From positions 100,821 to 164,820 of the forward strand of contig CAVPDR010000001.1 of NCBI GenBank assembly GCA_963702705.1: a DNA stretch of 64,000 bases, written 5' to 3'. The position numbers and the translations under genes were made by a program. The notes under the pieces were generated by a model, which was not told the DNA's origin, searched no databases, and saw nothing but the letters and a program-made list of their open reading frames with translations. Positions 43,842 through 57,961 of the stretch are shown here, in pieces (position 1 is the first letter of the stretch; the number at the start of each line of letters is the position of its first letter). The DNA comes from an uncultured Solirubrobacterales bacterium. Lineage in GTDB: Bacteria; Actinomycetota; Thermoleophilia; Solirubrobacterales; 70-9.

Positions 43842-44860
43842 ACCGGCCGGCTCGCCGGGCCCGGCCCCGCCGCCGCCCGGAACGCCAGCAGATCCTGCTG
43901 CGCCGTGGGCTTGCGCTCGGTGGCGGCCTGCTGCTGCTGATCCTGATCGTGCTCGGGGTGAAGGGCTGTCTCGACGCGCGTAAGGACCGGGCCTTGAGCG
44001 ATTACGCTCGCAACGTCAGCCAAATCGTCGAAGAGACCGGGCAGACCAGCAAGTCGTTCTTCGACAAGCTCTCCGAACCGGGCAGCCTCTCGGTGACCGA
44101 ATTCGTCAACCAGGTCAGCGCCGATCGCAGCGCGATGGACGGCTACGCCGCCCGCGTCGACGGGCTCAGCGCCCCCGGCGACATGAGCCACGCCCAGAAC
44201 GCGCTCGAGCTCGTCTACGAGCTGCGCGCCGGCGCGATGGACGACATCGCCGACAAGATGAGCACCGCGCTCGGCGACGTCGGCTCCGAGAAGGCGACCG
44301 CGGGGATCGCGCTGCAGATGCAGAAGCTGCTCTCCGCCGACGTGCTCTACGAATCGGTGGTGCGGCCGGAGATCAACGGCGTGCTCGAATCGAACGGGAT
44401 CGAGGGAGACGATGTACCGAAGAGCGCCTTCCTGCCGGAAGGAACGAAGTGGCTGGAAGAATCCGCGGTCAGCGCGGCGCTGGGCTCGGTCAATGGCTCC
44501 ACCTCGGCGTCGACCGGCGGCCTGCACGGCCTTGGCCTGATCGGCACCAGCATCAACGGCACCGAACTGACCGCGGAATCGACGACCTCGGTCGGCGGCG
44601 AAGGCACGCCGGAAGTCGAAGTGCAGGTGCAAAACCAGGGCGAATCGACCGAGAACGGCATCTCCGTCTCGGTCACGGTCGGCGGCGGCACCCTGAGCGG
44701 CACGATCAGCAGCATCGCTGCGGGAGAAACCGAAACCGCCCTGATCCCGCTGACGCCCGCCCCCGCCGGCGAAGTGACGCTCGAAGTCGACGTTGCCACG
44801 GTGCCGGGCGAGCATGTCTCCGAAAACAACAAGGCCAGCTACAACGTCGCCTTCGAATAG
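43754..44860 (+). CDS. membrane-anchored hypothetical protein with a CARDB-like C-terminal domain
   Basis: TM segment GLALGGGLLLLILIVLGV. C-terminus EVEVQVQNQGESTENGISVSVTVGG ... AAGETETALIPL ... EHVSENNKASYNV. The start is uncertain and may overlap the divergent kinase start. Confidence 0.5.
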   Translation: MNRPRHFSTSPRIRFLLRHTPCSLEDSSANRPARRARPRRRPERQQILLRRGLALGGGLLLLILIVLGVKGCLDARKDRALSDYARNVSQIVEETGQTSKSFFDKLSEPGSLSVTEFVNQVSADRSAMDGYAARVDGLSAPGDMSHAQNALELVYELRAGAMDDIADKMSTALGDVGSEKATAGIALQMQKLLSADVLYESVVRPEINGVLESNGIEGDDVPKSAFLPEGTKWLEESAVSAALGSVNGSTSASTGGLHGLGLIGTSINGTELTAESTTSVGGEGTPEVEVQVQNQGESTENGISVSVTVGGGTLSGTISSIAAGETETALIPLTPAPAGEVTLEVDVATVPGEHVSENNKASYNVAFE

Positions 44861-44870
44861 GGCGGGCGCC

Positions 44871-45707
44871 ATGCGGATCGCCTACCTGGGACCGGCGGGA
44901 ACGTTCACCGAGGACGCCTTGCGTGAGGCGATGGACCCTGGCGAGGAGTTCGAGGCGCTGCGCATGCCGACGATCCACGAGGCGATCCTCGCGGTCGAGC
45001 GCGGCGAGGCAGAGCGGGCGCTGGTCCCGTTCGAGAACTCGATCGAGGGGTCGGTGCGCAGCACGCTCGACACGCTCGCTTTCGACGCCGAGGGGGTGAC
45101 GATCGTCGGCGAGCACGACTTCGCCGTGCGGGCGATGCTGCTCGCACGGACGGCCCTTCCCCTCGACCGGATAACCACGGCGCTCTCGCACCCGCAGCCA
45201 CTGGCGCAGTGCGCCCGCTTCCTGCGCGAGAGCCTGCCTGGCGCCGAGCTGCGCTCCGTCAGCAGCACCGCGGAGGCGGTCAGGCTCGTCAGCGAATCGG
45301 ACGAGCCATGGGCGGCGATCGGGGCTCACGCCGCCGCCGAGCTCTACGGATGCACGATCCTGCGCGAGGACATCGAGGACGAGGCCAACAACGTCACCCG
45401 CTTCGTCTGGATCGCCCCGGCGGGCACCGCGCCGATGTCCGGCGTGGACTGGAAGACCTCACTCGTCTTTTCGGAGCTCGGCGAAGACCATCCCGGGGCG
45501 CTGGTCGAGGCGCTGCGCGAGTTCTCCTCGCGCGCCGTCAACCTGAGCCGGATCGAGTCACGGCCGCGGCGGCTCGGATTGGGCCGCTACATGTTCTTCT
45601 GCGACCTCGAGGGAGCCCTGACCGACGCCCCGGTCGCCGAGGCCATAGCGGCGCTCCGCGGCAAGGCGGAATCGGTTCGAGTATTGGGCTCCTACCCAAC
45701 TGCGTAG
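44871..45707 (+). CDS. pheA: prephenate dehydratase
   Basis: MRIAYLGPAGTFTEDAL ... VPFENSIEGSV ... C-terminal ACT region TSLVFSELGEDHPGALVEAL ... NLSRIESRP. Confidence 0.9.
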   Translation: MRIAYLGPAGTFTEDALREAMDPGEEFEALRMPTIHEAILAVERGEAERALVPFENSIEGSVRSTLDTLAFDAEGVTIVGEHDFAVRAMLLARTALPLDRITTALSHPQPLAQCARFLRESLPGAELRSVSSTAEAVRLVSESDEPWAAIGAHAAAELYGCTILREDIEDEANNVTRFVWIAPAGTAPMSGVDWKTSLVFSELGEDHPGALVEALREFSSRAVNLSRIESRPRRLGLGRYMFFCDLEGALTDAPVAEAIAALRGKAESVRVLGSYPTA

Positions 45708-45721
45708 AATTCCCGGGCAAT

Positions 45722-46228
45722 ATGGCACGGGTGCTCGTACTCAACGCAACGTATGAGCCAATCAACGTATGCACGTTGAGAAGGGCCGCTGTGCTCTTGC
45801 TGAAGGAAAAGGCGGAGCTGCTCGAGCGCCGCGAAGGCGCGATCCACTCCGAGCACATGACGATGGAGCGGCCCGACGTGATCCGCCTCGTCAGCTTCGT
45901 GCGGATCCCCCGCGAAGCGCACCGGAGGAAGATCACCCGGCGCGCGGTGCTGGCCCGGGACTCCTGGACCTGCCAGTACTGCGGCTCGCGCAAATCCGGC
46001 CTCACCGTCGACCACGTCATCCCCCGCAGCCGCGGCGGCAAGTCGGTCTGGGAGAACATCGTCGCCGCCTGCGCTTCCTGCAACAGGCGCAAGGGCAACC
46101 GCCTCCCCCGCGAGATCCACATGCACCCGCAGAACACACCGAAGGCGCCGGGGCCGACGGTCTTCATCCAGGTGGCCAGTCCCAAGATTCCGCAGGCGTG
46201 GGAGCAGTACTTGCCTGCGGCTGCGTAG
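45722..46228 (+). CDS. HNH endonuclease family protein
   Basis: WTCQYCGSRKSGLTVDHVIPRSRGGKSVWENIVAACASCNRRKGNR. Confidence 0.85.
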   Translation: MARVLVLNATYEPINVCTLRRAAVLLLKEKAELLERREGAIHSEHMTMERPDVIRLVSFVRIPREAHRRKITRRAVLARDSWTCQYCGSRKSGLTVDHVIPRSRGGKSVWENIVAACASCNRRKGNRLPREIHMHPQNTPKAPGPTVFIQVASPKIPQAWEQYLPAAA

Positions 46229-46232
46229 GGGG

Positions 46233-46366
46233 AGGGCAGCGGGGAGGTCTTGGCGGATCCCATGCACCGCCGCCGGGCGGCGGTGCGAACCAAGTGCCCC
46301 TTCGGGGCTCATCATCACTCTGCGGAGCCGCTTCGCGAGGATCCGCCAAGGCCTCCCCACTGCCCT
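46233..46366 (+). repeat. family-1 nested-hairpin repeat, copy R1
   Basis: 28-nt arms AGGGCAGCGGGGAGGTCTTGGCGGATCC / GGATCCGCCAAGGCCTCCCCACTGCCCT with 2 non-Watson-Crick positions. Core has GCACCGCCG-loop-CGGCGGTGC, GCCCCTTCGGGGC and CTCTGCGGAGCCGCTTCGCGAGG. It starts 5 nt after the HNH stop. Confidence 0.9.
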
Positions 46367-46569
46367 AGCTACCGCCCCGACAGGATCAAGCTCGTCCTCT
46401 CTCAGCCATCCGGGCAGTTCGGCTGGCGACCGGGTCCGCGGGCGGCTCAACACAAAGCTCCCGGTCTCGGCGAGTGAAAGTGGCTATCGCTCCGCCGAAA
46501 GCTCAACAGCGTGGTGGTCGTGAGGGTTGTTCTGCTTCCGTGACAGGCGAGCAGCCGGCGGTTCGGAGA

Positions 46570-46697
46570 GTCGGCGGGCGTGGCTGTCCCGGTTCCTCGC
46601 GAAGCGGCTCCGCAGAGGGGTTCTAAGCCCCGAAGGGGCTCATCGTTAGCACCGCCCATGGCGGTGCTTGGGAACCGGGACAGCCACCCCCACCGAC
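46570..46697 (-). repeat. family-1 nested-hairpin repeat, copy R2
   Basis: Same core read on the minus strand (AGCACCGCC-ATG-GGCGGTGCT, GCCCCTTCGGGGC, CTCTGCGGAGCCGCTTCGCGAGG). 27-nt arms are 25/27 complementary. It ends 3 nt after the gyrA stop. Confidence 0.9.
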
Positions 46698-46700
46698 CCC

Positions 46701-52913
<6,213 letters not shown>

Positions 52914-52936
52914 TTAGTCCCTTCCCGTTCTCATAG

Positions 52937-52977
52937 AAAACCCCGGCCGTCTGGACACTTGCTGCACACGGCCGGGG
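52937..52977 (-). terminator. intrinsic-terminator-like hairpin plus U-tract in the gyrB leader
   Basis: The minus strand reads CCCCGGCCGT-gtgcagcaagtgtccag-ACGGCCGGGG, then TTTTCTAT. It ends about 24 nt before the gyrB start codon. Confidence 0.5.
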
Positions 52978-53070
52978 CAGAAATGCAAGTTGACATAAGG
53001 ATACCAGTTCGGGCCCTTTGCCGACCTGGTTGGAGGAAATAAAAGTCCTGCAAATCAGCCATAAATGAAA

Positions 53071-53376
53071 TTACTTTCGGGCATCTTCCACACGGAAGCG
53101 CAAACTCTGCGGGGCGCGCTCTCCCAGGCGCCCGCGCAGGCGCTCCAGGAGCTGTCCTTGCATCAAATCCAACTCCTGCGCCCAGACGGAATCCGAGCAG
53201 GCCACGGTCGCCTCCCCCCCTCGCTCGGCAACCGGGCTGGTCACCGCGGCGATCTGCTCGCCGACCACCTCCGCCCAGGCTCCCTGCAGCGCCGCGAGCG
53301 GCGTCTTCGGCGCCGCTCGGTCGAGCGCGGCGCGCAGGGCAGCCGAGGCCGGGCGGGGGGCTCGGCGCCGAGTCAT
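53071..53376 (-). CDS. DUF721 (DciA-like) protein
   Basis: 101 aa, LQGAWAEVVGEQIAAVTSPVAERGGEATVACSDSVWAQELDLMQGQLLERL. The ATG overlaps the recF TGA (ATGA). It occupies the usual recF-gyrB position. Confidence 0.75.
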   Translation of the reverse strand: MTRRRAPRPASAALRAALDRAAPKTPLAALQGAWAEVVGEQIAAVTSPVAERGGEATVACSDSVWAQELDLMQGQLLERLRGRLGERAPQSLRFRVEDARK

Positions 53377-54465
53377 GCCGCAGCCGCCTCGCTTGTTTCG
53401 AACGGCATCCTCACCGTGCTCGCCATCGCCGGGGCCGGCAGCGAGTCCGCGGCCGCGGCCGTGATCAGCGTCTGACCGCCGGCGGCGAGGCGATCCACCA
53501 GCCGCTCGCGCCTGGGCGGGTCGAGCTCGCTCATCACGTCGTCGAGTAGCAGCAGCGGCGCCACCTGGCGCGCCGCGAGCAGGACGTCGCGCTCGGCGAA
53601 GAGCAGCGCCAGGAGCGCCGAGCGCTGCTGGCCCTGCGAGCCGTAGCGGCGCAACGAGCGGCCTGCGGTGCCGATCTTGAGCTCGTCGAGATGGGGGCCC
53701 CAGGAGGTCCTGCCCAGACGTAGGTCGGCCTCGCGTCGCTCGGCCAGGCCGGCGCGGATCTCGGTCGCTGAACCTTCGGCCCGCGGTGCAGTACTCGAGC
53801 TCGGCCCCACCTTCGAGCCCGAGCTGGGCGGCCGCCTCGGTAAAGGGACCATCCAACTCGGCGACGGCGTCGGCGCGGGCGGCGACGAGGGCGGCCGCGG
53901 CGTCGGCCAAGGTCGCGTCCCAGACGTCGAGCTGCCCCGGCGCGCCGCGGCCAGACGCCAGCTTGGCAACCAAGGCGTTGCGCTGCGCCAGGGCCTGGCC
54001 GAAGCGCTGGCGCAGGTCGCCCCGGACCGGCCAGCGGGCGGCGACGAAGCGGTCGAGGTGGGCGCGCCGTTCTGCCGGCGGGCCCTTGATCAGCGCCAGC
54101 CGGTCGGGAGAGAAGACGGCGACGGGGGGTCGGCTGCGGGCCAGCGTCGCGGGGTCGGCGGGGCTGGCGTCGAGCAGGTGGCGGCGGCCGTCCGTGCGGC
54201 TAACCGAGGCGAGCAGGTGGCGCTCCACCCCGTCCTCATCGCGCACGGTCGCTTCTGCGCGCGCGAAGGAGTTGCCGAACGGGATCAGGTCACGCCGATC
54301 CGCAGTGCGGAAGGAGCGGCCCGTCAGGGCGAAGTAGAGCGCCTCGAGGAAGTTCGTCTTGCCGGCGCCGTTGGGACCGACCAGGCTTGTGATCCCCGGT
54401 CCCAGCTCGATCCGCAGCCGGGCCAGACTCCGCACCGGCCTCGCTTCGGCGGCGGTGACCAGCAC
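53373..54465 (-). pseudogene. recF: DNA replication and repair protein RecF, one apparent frameshift
   Basis: The N-terminal part (GPNGAGKTNFLEALYFALTGRSFRT ...) runs in one frame to about ELEY. The C-terminal part (GPHLDELKIGTAGRSLRRYGSQGQQRSALLALLFAE ... LLLLDDVMSELD) is in another frame. The switch lies between about 53745 and 53800. Confidence 0.8.
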
Positions 54466-54474
54466 CGACAGGCC

Positions 54475-55581
54475 TCACACGTTGAGGCGGATCGGCATCA
54501 CCAGATAGCGGAAGTCTTCGTTGTCGACCGGCTGCAGCAAGCCCGGGCGCAGCGGCGAGATCAACCGCAGCACAACCTCGTCGCCCTCGACGCTTTCGAT
54601 CCCCTCGCGCAGGAAATCGGGGTTGAAGCCGATCTCCAGCGGCTCACCCTCGAAGGCGGCCGGCATCGTCTCCTCGGCGTCGCCGACGTCGGGGGTCGAG
54701 GCGGCGACCGTGAGCTCGCCCGGCGCAAAGGAAAGTCGCAACGGCGCGTTGCGCTGCGCCAGCTGGCTGACCCGGCGAACGACGTCGAGGAACTCGCTCC
54801 GCGGCAGCCGTACGTCGTGCTCGTAGGACTCCGGCAGGAGTTGTCGAAAGTTGGGGAACTGTCCCTCGATCAGCCTCGTGTTGAGGACGATCGCCCCTGC
54901 CTTGAAAACGGCCTGGTTGCGCAGCAGGGAGACCGAGACCTCCTCGACCCCGTCGGCCGAGACGATCCGGCCCAGCTCGCGTAGCGCCTTGGCCGGGATG
55001 TTCGCCTCCAGCTCGCCGCCGATCGCACGCTCGAGCTCGGTCCGCTTGACCGCAAGCCTGTAGGAGTCGGTCGCGACCATCGTCATCTCGGAAGCGCTGG
55101 CGCTGACCAGGACGCCGGTGAGGACCGGCCGCATGTCGTCGCGGGACGCTGCGCGGGCGACGAGATCAACCGTCGACGCCAGCGCGGCCGCGGGGATCGT
55201 CAGCGGCTCACCGTCGTCCTCGGGGAAGGCGGGGAAGTCCTCGCTGGGCAGGGTGCGAAGGTGGAAGCTCGAGCCGCCGCTGCGGATCTCGACGTCGCGC
55301 TCGGCCTCGCGAAGCTCGATCTCGACCGACGGGTCGCCGAGCGAGCGCGAGAGCTCGGCGAGCAGACGGCCGGGCAGGAGAACTGCGCCGGGGCTGTCGA
55401 CGTCGGCGGTGAGCGTCGTCTTCAAGCCCAGCTCGAGATCTGTCGCACAGAGACTGACGCCGGCCTCGTCGGCGGTGAGGAGGATTCCGGAAAGAGACTG
55501 GGTGGCGGCCCGCGTCGATACGGCCCGGGAGACGACCGAGAGCTTGGCGACCAGCTCATCGCGTTTGGTTGTCAGCTTCAA
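54475..55581 (-). CDS. dnaN: DNA polymerase III beta sliding clamp
   Basis: KLTTKRDELVAKLSVVSRAVSTRAATQSLSGILL ... LVMPIRLNV. TTG at 55581 is taken as the start, because ORF-track residues upstream look non-coding. Confidence 0.9.
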   Translation of the reverse strand: MKLTTKRDELVAKLSVVSRAVSTRAATQSLSGILLTADEAGVSLCATDLELGLKTTLTADVDSPGAVLLPGRLLAELSRSLGDPSVEIELREAERDVEIRSGGSSFHLRTLPSEDFPAFPEDDGEPLTIPAAALASTVDLVARAASRDDMRPVLTGVLVSASASEMTMVATDSYRLAVKRTELERAIGGELEANIPAKALRELGRIVSADGVEEVSVSLLRNQAVFKAGAIVLNTRLIEGQFPNFRQLLPESYEHDVRLPRSEFLDVVRRVSQLAQRNAPLRLSFAPGELTVAASTPDVGDAEETMPAAFEGEPLEIGFNPDFLREGIESVEGDEVVLRLISPLRPGLLQPVDNEDFRYLVMPIRLNV

Positions 55582-55749
55582 GTGGTGATTGCTTTCTTGA
55601 GTTGGATTAGGGCTTGTGGAAAAGCTCGAAAGCGACGCAGACCTGGCTTCAGCTGGCGCCTGGGCGGCTGTGGAGCGGTCTGTGGGAAGGCATTGATTCT
55701 TACAGCGCCGTCGGCCGTCAGGCCGAGCCTGTGGGTCCGGTGTGGATAG
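55582..55749. promoter_or_regulatory. candidate oriC core: DnaA-box cluster in the dnaA-dnaN spacer
   Basis: Five same-orientation TGTGG-type 9-mers. Their reverse complements are TTTTCCACA (55615-55623), CGCTCCACA (55669-55677), CTTCCCACA (55681-55689), GGACCCACA (55730-55738) and CTATCCACA (55741-55749). An AT-richer stretch lies at 55586-55612. Confidence 0.6.
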
Positions 55750-57046
55750 CGCCGCGCAACTCCGCAACGCGCTGGGCAAGGGCGGCGTCTTCGCCGAAGC
55801 GCGCTTCGACCCGCCTGATCGAGTTGAGCACGGTGGAGTGATCGCGCCCACCGTAAAGGCGACCGATTTGCGGCAGCGATAGATCGGTCAGCTCGCGGGT
55901 GAGGTAGATCGCGACCTGACGGGCGCGCAACGGGAGGGCCGAGCGGGTCGAGCCGACCAGCTCGGCCCGGGAGATGCCGAAGTCGGCGCAGACGCGGCTC
56001 TGTATTTCCTCGACCGGCGTCGATTCGTCTCTTCTCCTCCCTTTTGGGATTACCGCGTCGATCAGCTCGGCGCTGAGTGGCTTGGCGGTCAGCGAGGCGT
56101 GGGCGAGGACGCGGGTGAGCCCGCCGTGTAGCTGCCGCACGTTGACGTCGATCCGCTCGGCGAGAGCGTCGAGCACGTCGCCCTCGGTATCGACGCCGGC
56201 CTCGCGCACGAGCCGGCGCAGGACGGTCAGCCGAGTCGCCAGATTGGGCGGCTCGACGGCGACGGTCAGGCCCCACTCGAAGCGGTCTCGCAGGCGCGAC
56301 TCGAGGGTGGAGAGCTCGCTGGGAATGCGGTCGGCGGAGAGGACGAGCTGGCTGCCGCCTTCGTAGAGGGCGTTGAAGGTGTGGAAAAACTCATCCTCGG
56401 TGTGGCGCTTGCCCTCGAGGAACTGGACGTCGTCGACCAGCAGCACGTCGAGGTCACGGTAGCGGCGCTTGAAGGCCTCGGCGCCGGTGCTGCGTAGGGC
56501 GGCGACAAACTCGTTGGTGAAGCACTCGGCGGTTGTGTAGCGGACGCCGAGGCCAGCAGCGTTCGCCGCCAGGTAGTTGGCGATCGCGACGAGCAGGTGG
56601 GTCTTGCCCAGCCCCGGCGGCCCGTGGAGGAAGAGCGGGTTGTACGCCTCCGAAGGCGCCTCGGCGACGGCGAGCGCCGCCGCGTGGGCCGCGCGGTTGC
56701 CTTCGCCGATCACAAAGCGGTCGAAGGTGTAGTTGGCGTTGAGATCGATACCGGGGTCGCAGTCGGAACCGGACTCGGGGCCGTCGCCGACATCGCCGAT
56801 TCGCACCTCGGTCAGACTGGACCCAGCTCCGATGAGCGCCTCGCGGATCAGGCCCGTGTAGCGCCGCTCTGTCCAGGCTCGAATGCCTGCGGGCGCGGCG
56901 AGATAGAGAACGCCGGCCTGGGCGCCGACGACCTTCAGCGGTTCCAGCCAGAGCTGGAACGTCGATGGCGGCAGAGCCGCCCGCAGTCTCTCTTGGGCAT
57001 CCCGCCAGAGGGAGTCGAGGTCATGTTTGGGAGGGTCATCGGGCAC
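55718..57046 (-). CDS. dnaA: chromosomal replication initiator protein DnaA
   Basis: LFLHGPPGLGKTHLL, VLLVDDVQFL, and C-terminal DNA-binding region RQVAIYLTRELTDLSLPQIGRLYGGRDHSTVLNSIRRV. Confidence 0.95.
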   Translation of the reverse strand: MPDDPPKHDLDSLWRDAQERLRAALPPSTFQLWLEPLKVVGAQAGVLYLAAPAGIRAWTERRYTGLIREALIGAGSSLTEVRIGDVGDGPESGSDCDPGIDLNANYTFDRFVIGEGNRAAHAAALAVAEAPSEAYNPLFLHGPPGLGKTHLLVAIANYLAANAAGLGVRYTTAECFTNEFVAALRSTGAEAFKRRYRDLDVLLVDDVQFLEGKRHTEDEFFHTFNALYEGGSQLVLSADRIPSELSTLESRLRDRFEWGLTVAVEPPNLATRLTVLRRLVREAGVDTEGDVLDALAERIDVNVRQLHGGLTRVLAHASLTAKPLSAELIDAVIPKGRRRDESTPVEEIQSRVCADFGISRAELVGSTRSALPLRARQVAIYLTRELTDLSLPQIGRLYGGRDHSTVLNSIRRVEARFGEDAALAQRVAELRGAIHTGPTGSA

Positions 57047-57179
57047 CGGCGGCCGACCATAGCGGCGGCGGGAGGTGGCGACATCCGCTCCCTCGCAAAT
57101 GGCGGAGAAAGCTTCGTTGCTCCGTGGGAGAAGCGTCGTGCCTTGAGCTCGAGGATCAATCCGTATACTGCGACGCCGA

Positions 57180-57314
57180 ATGAAGAGGACTTATCAGCCG
57201 AAGAAGCGGAAGCGGGCAAAGACGCACGGATTCCGGGCGCGAATGAGCACGCGGGGGGGTCGGGCGATCCTCAGCCGCCGCCGCCGCAAGGGCCGCAAGC
57301 GCCTCACTCCCTAG
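57180..57314 (+). CDS. rpmH: 50S ribosomal protein L34
   Basis: Hand translation gives [44 protein letters not shown]. It is below the ORF-track length cutoff. Confidence 0.9.
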   Translation: MKRTYQPKKRKRAKTHGFRARMSTRGGRAILSRRRRKGRKRLTP

Positions 57315-57686
57315 ATGGCGACGCAACGACGTCGCCGCCTCTCCCGCAGCGGCGAGTTCGACCGCGTCTATCGCGACGGATCCTCACATGCCACCCGCTA
57401 CCTCGTTCTTTACCGCTTTCCCCGCAGCGGCGAAGAGGAGGCCGACGAGGTGAGGCTCGGCGTCTCGGTCAGCCGCAAGGTGGGGGGCGCCGTCGATCGC
57501 AATCGGGTCAAGCGCGTCATGCGCGAGGCATTTTGGACCCTCTCCGACCAGCTCCCCCCTGCCCATGACTTTGTCCTGGTGGCGCGGCCTGAGATCGGCG
57601 ACCTGATCGAGCGCGAGGGCAGCTCCGGCGTGCGCACGAGCATCGAGGAGGCTCTGGCCGGTGCGGGAAGGGGACGTTCCACGTGA
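57315..57686 (+). CDS. rnpA: ribonuclease P protein component
   Basis: RLSRSGEFDRVYRDGSSHATRYLVLY ... VSRKVGGAVDRNRVKRVMREA. It starts immediately after the rpmH stop. Confidence 0.9.
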   Translation: MATQRRRRLSRSGEFDRVYRDGSSHATRYLVLYRFPRSGEEEADEVRLGVSVSRKVGGAVDRNRVKRVMREAFWTLSDQLPPAHDFVLVARPEIGDLIEREGSSGVRTSIEEALAGAGRGRST

Positions 57687-57690
57687 AACG
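57675..57690. promoter_or_regulatory. parS-like ParB binding site
   Basis: cGTTCCACGTGAAACg. The 14-nt core is identical to the TGTTCCACGTGAAACA parS palindrome. It lies at the rnpA/yidD junction. Confidence 0.65.
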
Positions 57691-57961
57691 GGCCCTGCTG
57701 GCGCTGATCGGTGCCTACAAGCGCTGGATCTCGCCGTCGATACCGCGCCGCTGTCGCTACGAGCCGAGCTGTTCGACCTACGCCGCCGAATCGGTGAGCC
57801 GCTTTGGCGGCGGACGGGGCACCCTGCTGGCCGCATGGCGGCTGCTGCGCTGCAATCCGCTTAGCCATGGGGGCTTTGACCCCGTGCCTGACCGCTTCAC
57901 GCTCAAAGTCGGCCCGATCGACCCCGCTGTCCACCATGGAGAGGCCCACTCGCACTCGTGA
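57683..57961 (+). CDS. yidD: membrane protein insertion efficiency factor YidD
   Basis: LIGAYKRWISPSIPRRCRYEPSCSTYAAESV ... RLLRCNPLSHGGFDPVP. Confidence 0.9.
   Translation: MKRALLALIGAYKRWISPSIPRRCRYEPSCSTYAAESVSRFGGGRGTLLAAWRLLRCNPLSHGGFDPVPDRFTLKVGPIDPAVHHGEAHSHS

Noticed and set aside
46250-46659. Small ORFs encoding EPLCGAASRG / EPLRG peptides (also 58685-58928)
   Set aside because: The same peptides arise only because the ORFs read through copies of the family-1 repeat, in both orientations. Conservation follows the DNA/RNA hairpins, not a reading frame.
57047-57179. Second DnaA-box cluster or clear promoter in the dnaA-rpmH divergent spacer
   Set aside because: No TGTGGA/TCCACA-type 9-mers were seen. 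A TTGAGC-15 nt-TATACT pair upstream of rpmH has non-optimal spacing, so it was not called as a feature.
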